This document shows, piece after piece, positions 15,702 through 23,912 of a stretch of 32,000 nt of DNA. This stretch comes from Haloferax volcanii DS2. GTDB taxonomy: Archaea > Halobacteriota > Halobacteria > Halobacteriales > Haloferacaceae. The translations under genes were made by a program, and so were the position numbers. Under the pieces are notes generated by a model. The model was not told the origin of the DNA. It ran no database searches and worked only from the letters and a program-made list of their open reading frames with translations. The stretch spans positions 60,001 through 92,000 of the forward strand of contig NC_013966.1 in assembly GCF_000025685.1 (NCBI RefSeq), in the 5' to 3' direction. Within the stretch, counting starts at the first letter, position 1. Each line of letters opens with the position of its first letter.

Positions 15702-18700
15702 TTTCGAGCCTCTCCAGATCAACTCCGTAGAGCTCTGCGACAGCCTCGTCAAGCTCTCGGTCTATCTCTTCGATGGCGTCCATATCGGGGTCGTCTAAAA
15801 CGTCGGGTCGCTTTTTCTGGATTTGAATCGCATCTTCCACCAACCCGACTATTTTCTCCTTCTCGTCGTCGTCCGGGATTTTGATCGGGAGACGACGCAC
15901 GTCCCGTGTCGATAGCCCGATTCGATTGAGGAAATTCTTAGCGATATATCCGGAGAAAGTGGAGTTGAGGATGGCCATCATATACTTCAGGTCAGCTTTC
16001 TCCTCGTCGATACTGAAGAAGACAAGATTTGTATTCGTAAACACAGATGGCTCAATCATCCGGCACTCCAGATTTCTGACACCACCTCCTTGCTTCGTTG
16101 CGATTCCCTGATTCAGGTAGTACTGGTCGTTCCGAGGAACTCCTTGATCCTTGAGCTTATCGACGTTATCGCGCGACCAGTCCACGAACTCGTCAGTCGG
16201 ACAGAAATAGAGATCACGACTTTTGCTTTCCCTTGTCACCTTCACGAAGGTCCGGTTAGCATCATTAGCAACGCCATGTAACTTCTCTTCCTCAGAGAGC
16301 TGACTGGCATCGTGTATAACCTTCTCTTCTTTGACCGTCTTGTAGAGTTTACTCCGGCTATAGGAATCTTCCTCCTCAATTCGTTTGGCCTTTTTTGTCC
16401 CCTCTAATACGTGGATAAAGTCCTTATTCGTTCTCATTGAGATACCCTGTCCACCGACAGTCAGCAGGCCGAAGGGGAGAATTTCTCCGGGACTTGTCTC
16501 TTGTATCAGGGATTCTACCTCTGGCAGACTTTTTTCAAGGTTTGATGTGTCTGCGATCTCATTTTGCCAGCGGTCGTAGACTGAATTAAACGGCGCGATG
16601 AATTCTCCGAATATCTCGGTGTTAAGCTCTGTTGGGGTAAAGAATGAGTTATTTATCGACTTTCTATAGAGTTCCCTATTCAACTGATAGATGGTGTGTT
16701 CCCCTAGATTTGATCGCTTGGTCTCATACGATACTTCTCCGATTGAGACAGAGTACGATTCATCGTAGTCAATAGGCGTCAACAATTGCGGATATGACTT
16801 AATATCGACATCATAGCTATCGTTGAGTCGTACTTCGTTCGACTTGTTGCCGGACTTACTCAGTGAGAATATTGCTGTCTCCACGGATGCATCAAAGGCA
16901 TCCGGGTTCACCCGAGTCAGTTCGTCCAACTCGTCAAGTAGAGTGGATCGAACGTCAGTTTTGTTTATTTGGGTGAAGAAGGTATCCGACATTATGTATG
17001 TGAATACTCCATCGCTATTGGCGAGCTCGTATCCACGGTGGACGAAAAATTGGAAAAGATCTGTTTTAGAGTAGTACCTGAACCCTTCTTTTTCCGAGTA
17101 GAAATCTCCAAGTTCGCCCTTGTATTCTGCTCCTTCCTGACCCTCGTACGGTGGGTTTCCAATGACGATATCAAAGCCACCGTCCAGAATCACCTCCGGG
17201 ATATTCGTAGTCCACGTAAAGGTAGAGTCCGCTGCTTCTGCCGCTTCAGTCATCCAGCCTCCCTTCTCTTTCACAGCTAACTGAGTTTCCAGTTCCGTTG
17301 TGAGCTTTTCCAACTGATCGCTAAGGCGGTCCTTATTCTTGCCGTGTGCAGTCTGGAACTCCTTCCGCGTCTTGTGAATTTCGTTTAGCGTACTATTGAG
17401 TCCGCCAGTTAGCGTCTCTTGGTAGGAACTAACGTCCACACGTGTCGGGTCGTATTCGCCGACGAGGCTATTCCCGACAAAGAACTTGAATCCAAGGTTT
17501 GGCAGGGCGAACTTCTGGTTGGCCTCAAGGAACTCCTCGTGACTCACATGCTTGAGATCCTGCATCAGGTGGAGCCAAACTCGAAATTTACACATTTCGA
17601 TGCCGGCAGCATCAATGTCGACACCGTAGAGAGTGTCTGCAATAAATTCCTTCTTGAGTTGGAATCGACTTCGGTCGTCGCCACGGCTGGAGTCCAGCGC
17701 CTCTGATACCGCGACAAGCTCCTCCAGCATAGCGATAATGAACGCACCGCTACCTACCGCTGGGTCTAATACGGTCGCGGAACGGAGTGCCTCGTCGATG
17801 GCCTCAATCTGGCTGTCAGAGAGGGACTCAGGTGTAGTGTGATCGGTTACTAGCGATACCGCCTCCTCGTTTGTGATGTCCGTCTGCCCCAGCAAGTGCT
17901 GCTTAAGAGCATTTTTTGTCATATAGGAGGTAATCGGCTTCGGTGTGTAGAATGCACCCAGATCAGCGCGGTCGTCCTTCTGCATAAACATCTCAAAGAT
18001 GCGCCCGATGAACTCTGGGTCAACAACGAGTTCCTGCTCGCTTGGGTTCGACTCGCGCAGGGAGATCTTGTATCGTCGGAGGAGCCCCTCTGGGTTACCG
18101 GAGCTGTTCTTTTCTGGGCTGAGGAGTTTATCGAAGAATACCTCGTCGATTTCGACATTCTTCTCTATGTCCTTGCGCTCAAAGAGTCCGCCGTTGAGGA
18201 AGGGTATTCGACCGAGTGTGTCGGACTCAGTCGTCCCTTCCTCTGAGAGTGCTTCGAAGAACAACGGCTCGAAGAAATCTTCGTAGACGTGCATATCAGG
18301 ATCTTCGGCCACCTCTTCGTACTTGTTCTCGACGTAGTCCACATCCCCGTCAAGCCACTTCTTCTCCTCAATAAACAGCAAGAATAGGACTCGATTGACG
18401 ACCGTTCGCGTGTATGCATTGAGGTTCTCCTCCGGATCCTTTAAGCCGTGAATCGCATCCTGAAGATCCTCGCGGAATATCTCCCCGAAATCCTGGTAGA
18501 AGCTCCGCGTGATCTCCCGAATGGAGAAGACTTCCTCAACATCGCCTTCGAGACTCGCTCGACCCTGTCCAGAGTCCACGGAGAGGTCGTCAAGATAGTC
18601 GAGATACGCAGGTTCGACGCCGAATCGTTTGACCGTGAAGTAGTTGAGATCGAAGGTCACCTCAACGTCTTCTGAAGAGAACTGCTCCTCAATATGAAGG

Positions 18701-18957
18701 AACGTAATATCATCGTTCAGGGGGCTGGTCAGTGGTCCCTCGTCAGATTTTCTATATGCAATGACAGTGAATAGTTCGTTGATGGGGCTCCCGTGTCGTT
18801 TCAAGTGTCGCTTCAGATCGCTAAACGCGGGGCTATCCCCAGATGCTTCGAGTTCGATGTATCGAATGATGCCGTCACCATTCTCATCAACTAAGTGTGC
18901 TTCGTACCAATCGTTCCCTCCTTGGTTGCGCTTTATCCCACTAGGGATCTCGACCAT
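15691..18957 (-). CDS. large gamma-class N6-adenine DNA methyltransferase (Eco57I / PglX / DrmMI-like)
   Basis: 1088 aa. AFYTPKPI, motif I VLDPAVGSGAFI (about 17741-17772), motif IV DIVIGNPPY (NPPY at 17146-17157). N-terminal helical region NRVLFLLFIEEKKWL. Its TGA (15693..15691) overlaps the helicase ATG (15701) by 11 nt. Confidence 0.9.
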   Translation of the reverse strand: MVEIPSGIKRNQGGNDWYEAHLVDENGDGIIRYIELEASGDSPAFSDLKRHLKRHGSPINELFTVIAYRKSDEGPLTSPLNDDITFLHIEEQFSSEDVEVTFDLNYFTVKRFGVEPAYLDYLDDLSVDSGQGRASLEGDVEEVFSIREITRSFYQDFGEIFREDLQDAIHGLKDPEENLNAYTRTVVNRVLFLLFIEEKKWLDGDVDYVENKYEEVAEDPDMHVYEDFFEPLFFEALSEEGTTESDTLGRIPFLNGGLFERKDIEKNVEIDEVFFDKLLSPEKNSSGNPEGLLRRYKISLRESNPSEQELVVDPEFIGRIFEMFMQKDDRADLGAFYTPKPITSYMTKNALKQHLLGQTDITNEEAVSLVTDHTTPESLSDSQIEAIDEALRSATVLDPAVGSGAFIIAMLEELVAVSEALDSSRGDDRSRFQLKKEFIADTLYGVDIDAAGIEMCKFRVWLHLMQDLKHVSHEEFLEANQKFALPNLGFKFFVGNSLVGEYDPTRVDVSSYQETLTGGLNSTLNEIHKTRKEFQTAHGKNKDRLSDQLEKLTTELETQLAVKEKGGWMTEAAEAADSTFTWTTNIPEVILDGGFDIVIGNPPYEGQEGAEYKGELGDFYSEKEGFRYYSKTDLFQFFVHRGYELANSDGVFTYIMSDTFFTQINKTDVRSTLLDELDELTRVNPDAFDASVETAIFSLSKSGNKSNEVRLNDSYDVDIKSYPQLLTPIDYDESYSVSIGEVSYETKRSNLGEHTIYQLNRELYRKSINNSFFTPTELNTEIFGEFIAPFNSVYDRWQNEIADTSNLEKSLPEVESLIQETSPGEILPFGLLTVGGQGISMRTNKDFIHVLEGTKKAKRIEEEDSYSRSKLYKTVKEEKVIHDASQLSEEEKLHGVANDANRTFVKVTRESKSRDLYFCPTDEFVDWSRDNVDKLKDQGVPRNDQYYLNQGIATKQGGGVRNLECRMIEPSVFTNTNLVFFSIDEEKADLKYMMAILNSTFSGYIAKNFLNRIGLSTRDVRRLPIKIPDDDEKEKIVGLVEDAIQIQKKRPDVLDDPDMDAIEEIDRELDEAVAELYGVDLERLENGI

Positions 18958-20348
18958 CCGTGTTCGGTTAAGCGGAGAAACCGACAGACGGCGCTCTAGT
19001 GACGAAGCTATCGTTGTAGACCGCGTGGGGAGAGAATGTGCTAAACCAACTCTCCCCGGATCTCATACGACGACGGTTGACTTCCCTGTTTCCCACCGAG
19101 CTAATCGAAGACATCGCGCGCGAGCGCGATGTCGTCCAGCGTGACCGGAAAATCGACATCACGATGCTCGTCTGGACGCTCATCATGGGCTTCGCCGTCG
19201 ACGGCGAAGCCCGAACTATCGCCGGCTTTCAACGGGCGTACTCCGCAGCAACCAACCAGACCGTTGCCCGCTCAAGCTTCTACGATCGGTTCACGCCGGC
19301 CCTCGCAGCACTGTTGAACGACCTCCTCGAGCACGCTCTCGAGGAGGTCGCGGTTCCTCACACGATCGCGCCACAGTTCGAGCTGTTTCGAGACGTACTG
19401 ATCGCCGATGCAACCGTGTTCAGGTTGCATCGGCTCCTCGATTCGTTTCCAGCCACTCACTCGGGTCAATCCGGCGCGAAACTCCACCTCGTGCAGAACG
19501 CGACCAAGCAGACGATCGAGCAGTTCCAGCTCACCGATGAACGCACCCACGAGAGCAGCCAACTCCGCACCGGGAGTTGGCTACGAGGCCGGCTGTTACT
19601 GTTCGATCTGGGCTTCTACAGTTTCCGCCGCTTCGCGTTGATCGAGGAGAACGGCGGGTTCTTCCTGAGTCGGCTGAAGTCGAACGCGAATCCGTTGATC
19701 GTTGGAGAGCGACGGAAATGGCGCGGGCGCGCCATTTCCTTGCCAGAGCGTCGTCTTCGGGACGTTCTGGAAGATCTCAGTCGGGAGATCATCGACGTAA
19801 CGGTAGAGATCGAGTTCAAACGGCGGGCATACGCTGGGAAGGAATCAACGGATTCGATGGAGTTTCGCGTCGTCGGTGTCCGCAACGAGGACACCGACGA
19901 CTACCACCTGTACGTGACGAATCTGCCCGATGAGTTCACTCCAAGGCAGGTCGGGGCGCTGTACGGGTTGCGGTGGGAAGTGGAGTTGGTGTTCCGGGAA
20001 CTGAAGTCGCTGTATGGGCTGGAGAAATTCCAGACGAGTGATCCAGCGATCGTGGAGCTGTTAGTGGTGGCGGCTCTGCTGACGCTGACGGTCAGCAGAG
20101 CCTTGCTCGGGGTGTTTCAGGAGCTGTTCCCAGAGACAGTGTTTCCGCGAGAACGCTGGGCGAAGACCTTCCGGTCTCTCGCCCAGCTCATGCTCGAAGA
20201 TCTGGCCCAGTCGTTCGGCCATCCACCGCCGAACCTGTCGGAACTGCTGTTTCGTGACGCCCGCCAACCAGAGAAATCGCGGCTCTTACTCAACGAACGA
20301 GTAGCTGAGGCCTTCAGGAGGCGATCCAGTGCTTAACCGAACACCAAT
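18955..20348 (+). mobile_element. IS4-family (ISH8-like) insertion sequence, copy B
   Basis: 14-bp perfect terminal inverted repeat GTGTTCGGTTAAGC (18960-18973 / complement 20330-20343), extended by CATCC / CATTG. All four ends of copies A and B share CATnnGT. No clean target duplication. Confidence 0.8.
19038..20336 (+). CDS. IS4-family DDE transposase (ISH8 group), paralogue of 11953..13296
   Basis: 432 aa with a GTG start. DVLIADATVFRL, FDLGFYSF and YGLRWEVELVFRELK are collinear with copy A. Confidence 0.9.
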   Translation: MLNQLSPDLIRRRLTSLFPTELIEDIARERDVVQRDRKIDITMLVWTLIMGFAVDGEARTIAGFQRAYSAATNQTVARSSFYDRFTPALAALLNDLLEHALEEVAVPHTIAPQFELFRDVLIADATVFRLHRLLDSFPATHSGQSGAKLHLVQNATKQTIEQFQLTDERTHESSQLRTGSWLRGRLLLFDLGFYSFRRFALIEENGGFFLSRLKSNANPLIVGERRKWRGRAISLPERRLRDVLEDLSREIIDVTVEIEFKRRAYAGKESTDSMEFRVVGVRNEDTDDYHLYVTNLPDEFTPRQVGALYGLRWEVELVFRELKSLYGLEKFQTSDPAIVELLVVAALLTLTVSRALLGVFQELFPETVFPRERWAKTFRSLAQLMLEDLAQSFGHPPPNLSELLFRDARQPEKSRLLLNERVAEAFRRRSSA

Positions 20349-20847
20349 GCCAGATCCACACAAACGGCAGCACTAATGGGCCAAGACCGATTCCCGTCAT
20401 TGTGAGACTCGTTGCAAGTCCTTGATAAGAATCAAACCATTGAGGCGTGAGTGAAACTGTAATAGTAAACGCGGTCCCCCCTGTGATGCCAAGAAGTGAA
20501 AATACTACAACAACACCAGGGTATGAGTTGACAATTTGAAGCAGTACGATAGCAGCTATGAGGCCGACACCGACTATCACGAGGACCGGTCGAAGAGAGA
20601 ACCTGGCGGCGAACACGCCAAATAGCCCACCAACCATGAGAAAGACTGCAGTTGTGATCGAAAAAATCGATGACACTTGTAACTGAGTAAGGTTGAAGAT
20701 TGTTGCAAGGCGATCTGCATAGACGGTGAAGGTAAATATAGTCCCCCAGATCATCGTGAGGACGCAAATACCAAGTCCGACAATTAGCCACCCTTGCGTG
20801 GAATCAAGTGCTTCTTGGTGAGCTGTTGGTTCTTTGGTTCCTGTCAT
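20314..20847 (-). pseudogene. MFS transporter (oxalate/formate-antiporter-like) N-terminal half, truncated by IS copy B
   Basis: About 5-6 hydrophobic helices (GWLIVGLGICVLTMIWG..., GLFGVFAARFSLRPV...). The last 11 residues (HWCSVKHWIAS) are encoded by the IS-B end (20317-20348). Only half of a normal 12-TM MFS protein is present. Confidence 0.75.
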
Positions 20848-20852
20848 AATCT

Positions 20853-22250
20853 CAGTACCTCACAAAGCATCCTCGCCTAGCTGTCTCTGAAGCCTGAGTT
20901 CTGTGGCGGAGCGGTTGGACTGGCGGTTTCGACGAGAGAATCATGGACGGATCGGCGGAGAGCCGTCGCTGTCGGCGGCGGCTGCCGCCGACGCGACAGC
21001 GTCGCCACTCCCACCGTTGGCTAGCCCGGACGGGAGTTACCGGTGGAACCGGTCGTCCGGTGGCCGGTTCGCGGGGACGGCCCGACGCGTCGCGAGGGCC
21101 GTCCACGCTGCCCGTCGGATCATGTTGATGAACTCCTTGAATGGCCACTGCCAGAGGCGACGCCCGCCTCGGCGGGGCGTCGCCACGTACTCCCAGTGCA
21201 GATACCGCCACACGTTCTGTAACAGCAAGCTCACCACGACGTACAGCAGCCGTACAACCGGATTTTGTGTCGAGGTCGTCGCAATCGTTTGCTCGGAGAG
21301 TCGGTAGCTCGCCTCGATACCGAAGCGTTTCGCGTAGTGGTATCGAGCGTCTCGTGGTGAGTCGATGAAGGGCGCGTCAGCGGCGTAGCCGTGACGCGCC
21401 ACGCCATGTTCGTCGTACCGTCCGTTCTGGTAGGTACAGTCGATGTAGACGGGAAACTCGACGGTCCAGCTGTGACCGTCGAGTTTCGCTGTCAGACTGT
21501 GCTGAATCACGCGACTCCACCCTTCCGAGAGTTCTCGCTTGATCGCCCGTCCCCAGCGGACGATCGGCATGACGTAGGCGTGGTTGTGCGCCTGAAGCAG
21601 CGTCAAACACTTGCTGTCGTAGAATTCGCGGTCAAGATAGACGGCCTTGACACCGAGGTCAAGGCCGTCGAGAATACCGAGGAACTCTGCGAGGACACTG
21701 CTGGCGGTGTCGCCGTCTTCGAGACGGCGCACCGCCAGCGTGTAGCGTTTGTTCTTCACGCGTGCGTACAGTGTCGCGTACGCGTGAAACGCGGTGGTTC
21801 CACGCTTCGCTTGTGAGTGATACAGGCCGTCTGTATCGTCTTCGTCGCCGTAGTAGGGCCGCAGGTGGAGGTCTGCGCAGACCTCCACCTGCTGGGGAAG
21901 GACGTCGAGAACGTCTTTCTGGAGGAGCGTGTTCCCGATTTGTTCGAGCGTCTCGAGGTCGAACTTGGTGCGGAGATGGTAGAGAACCGAGTTTTCGTGA
22001 GGTGCATCTTCGCTTCTCTTGCAGAGTGTAGAGACCGAGGTCCCGTCGGCGCAGGCGCCGACGAGGACCTCGTAGATGTCTTCAGCATCGAGTTCAGCGT
22101 TTTCAGCGAGTGAGAGAGCAACTTCCTCGTCAAGAGAGTTGACGAGGAAGTTAAGGAGCTGGTCCTCGTGGATTTCATCGTCTGTTTGCTGGTTGTTGGA
22201 CACATCTTCAGCAAGCAGACCTTCTAACTAAACGGCTTTGTGAGGTACTG
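20853..22250 (-). mobile_element. ISH3-family insertion sequence with 5-bp target-site duplication
   Basis: Perfect 16-bp terminal inverted repeat CAGTACCTCACAAAGC (20853-20868 / complement 22235-22250), flanked by direct repeats AATCT (20848-20852 and 22251-22255). Confidence 0.9.
21037..22203 (-). CDS. ISH3-family transposase
   Basis: 388-aa ORF inside the TIR-bounded element. The sequence (VYLDREFYDS..., YAKRFGIEASYR...) is typical of haloarchaeal ISH3-group transposases. Confidence 0.9.
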   Translation of the reverse strand: MSNNQQTDDEIHEDQLLNFLVNSLDEEVALSLAENAELDAEDIYEVLVGACADGTSVSTLCKRSEDAPHENSVLYHLRTKFDLETLEQIGNTLLQKDVLDVLPQQVEVCADLHLRPYYGDEDDTDGLYHSQAKRGTTAFHAYATLYARVKNKRYTLAVRRLEDGDTASSVLAEFLGILDGLDLGVKAVYLDREFYDSKCLTLLQAHNHAYVMPIVRWGRAIKRELSEGWSRVIQHSLTAKLDGHSWTVEFPVYIDCTYQNGRYDEHGVARHGYAADAPFIDSPRDARYHYAKRFGIEASYRLSEQTIATTSTQNPVVRLLYVVVSLLLQNVWRYLHWEYVATPRRGGRRLWQWPFKEFINMIRRAAWTALATRRAVPANRPPDDRFHR

Positions 22251-22393
22251 AATCTATCTCTCCCACCGTCGTATTGAGTAGTTAGTCTACAGGATATAGT
22301 CATCCTTTGAAGTAGCTGTACACTCGCGAGGTTTTAATAAGCAAGGTTGTACTGTTCGGTTCTCATATGGTGTTGCAAACGGTCTCGAATAGC

Positions 22394-23161
22394 CTACTCG
22401 TACGCTAATCGGAGTTCGATTTCGTTTGACCCCGTTGTGACAAGTTCAATGAGCTGCTGACGGTATTCATCGTTTTCGATGCGTGCATGGGGCGCTGCGA
22501 TGGCGATTGCGCCTCGAATATCGTCGTTGACCACGATAGGTGCAGCGACTGCAGAAACTCCCTGTGCGGTCTCATTGTGGTTGACGGCGTACCCTTGTTC
22601 ACGAATCTCGGCAAGCTCCTTCTGTAGCTCATCTCTCGATGTGATTGACTCTGGAGTCTGCTGCGGGAGACCATGGGTCTCGACGACATTCGCGATGTGT
22701 TCGTCCGACGAGAACGCAAGCATCACTTTTCCGGACGCTAGACAATTCATGAACTCGTGTTTACCCAATCTTTCATGTGTCTCGATCGAATTTTCTCCTA
22801 ACTCCTGTGCTAAGTAGACTACTTTTCCACTCTGTTCGACCGTCAACCAAACTGCAGCACCACTTTCTTCAGCCAATTGCTTGAGAGTGTCTCTCGACTT
22901 CGAGCATATCGAAAATGTATCACGTGCGGCAATACCGTGATCCAGAAATCGGAGTGAGAGACTGTACTGCCGTCCTTCGTTCACAAAGTAGCCGATGTGG
23001 GTGAGTGTCGTCAGGTAGTCGTGCAGTGTACTCTCAGCCATGTCGACATGTTCGGAAATGTCGGTAAACGTCGCAGATTCTAGGTCTTGGACTATCTGGA
23101 CTAACTCAAACACTCGAACTGCTGTTTTGATGGGCCGCTTCGGTGAGTCAGCGTTTGTCAT
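22394..23161 (-). CDS. IclR-family transcriptional regulator
   Basis: 255 aa. N-terminal wHTH (AVRVFELVQIVQDLESATFTDISEHVDMAESTLHDYLTTL) and a C-terminal IclR effector domain (GVSAVAAPIV...GAIAIAAP). Confidence 0.9.
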   Translation of the reverse strand: MTNADSPKRPIKTAVRVFELVQIVQDLESATFTDISEHVDMAESTLHDYLTTLTHIGYFVNEGRQYSLSLRFLDHGIAARDTFSICSKSRDTLKQLAEESGAAVWLTVEQSGKVVYLAQELGENSIETHERLGKHEFMNCLASGKVMLAFSSDEHIANVVETHGLPQQTPESITSRDELQKELAEIREQGYAVNHNETAQGVSAVAAPIVVNDDIRGAIAIAAPHARIENDEYRQQLIELVTTGSNEIELRLAYE

Positions 23162-23528
23162 AGTATACCTAATGATGATTTCACGTATAATACTTGTTCA
23201 ACTGTCTGGCGTCTGTCGTAGAGCACAGCGTATCTTATTTGAGATAGTTCGTAGTTCAATTTGTAGAGTTACGACACTATGTTTGTAATTATATGTCTCC
23301 CGAATATATGCAATTTCGAATATACCGAAATGCGGATTCAGCATACTGTAGAGGATTCTAGCGGACTCAGCGATTACTTTGAGTTGACTCTCGTCGTTGG
23401 GTATCAGGATCGGCTCGGATATTTCAAAATCAGCTGAGGTAGTCTTACCCAACTCAAACTCTACAACCAAAATAGAGCCGCAAAATGAGGTAACTTCTAA
23501 CTTCGGGTGGATAACCGGTTTTCTCGGG

Positions 23529-23906
23529 TCAGATCCGGACGTAGACGTCGCCGTCGACGGCCTCGGCGTCAAACGTACCGATACACTTCCCTGAAACCTC
23601 ATGCTCACCGGACTCGATATCCAGTTCCCAGAGATGCCACGGACAACTCACGCTGAGCTCCTCTTCGTTGACCCCACCGCGGGACTTCGTCCACGTATGT
23701 TCCGCGTTAATCTTCTCCTCACCCGCCTTGTACAGCGGCGCGTTTTGGTGTGGACAGCGGTTCGACAGGGCGTAAAATTCGCCCTTGACGTTGAAGATCG
23801 CGATTTCGATTCCGTTAGCGTTCACCGCAATCCCGCGGCCACGGGGGATATCTTCGACCGATGCGACCTTGGTGTAGTCGTCTTTGATCTGTGAATCTGC
23901 GCTCAT
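23529..23906 (-). CDS. Rieske [2Fe-2S] domain protein (NirD/ferredoxin-like)
   Basis: 125 aa. Rieske ligand boxes RCPHQNAPL and SCPWHLWEL. Confidence 0.85.
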   Translation of the reverse strand: MSADSQIKDDYTKVASVEDIPRGRGIAVNANGIEIAIFNVKGEFYALSNRCPHQNAPLYKAGEEKINAEHTWTKSRGGVNEEELSVSCPWHLWELDIESGEHEVSGKCIGTFDAEAVDGDVYVRI

Positions 23907-23912
23907 GGCTGG

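Noticed and set aside
18850-18957. An N-terminal PD-(D/E)xK nuclease domain in the methyltransferase, which would make it a bifunctional type IIG/IIL-like enzyme
   Set aside because: The only candidate is D24/D28...E35-L-E37, which lacks the Lys of the ExK motif. That is too weak to claim without structure or profile comparison.
11940-20348. A composite transposon made of IS copies A and B carrying the MTase/helicase module
   Set aside because: The two elements have different terminal repeats (GTTCTAGTTTA vs GTGTTCGGTTAAGC) and clearly diverged transposases. The cargo genes are truncated at the junctions, and no common target duplication flanks the outer ends.
23198-23608. 136-aa ORF as a protein-coding gene
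   Set aside because: Its N-terminal third overlaps the 3' end of the Rieske gene out of frame. It has no motif and no convincing start or promoter. I keep it only as a possibility under the AT-rich spacer finding.
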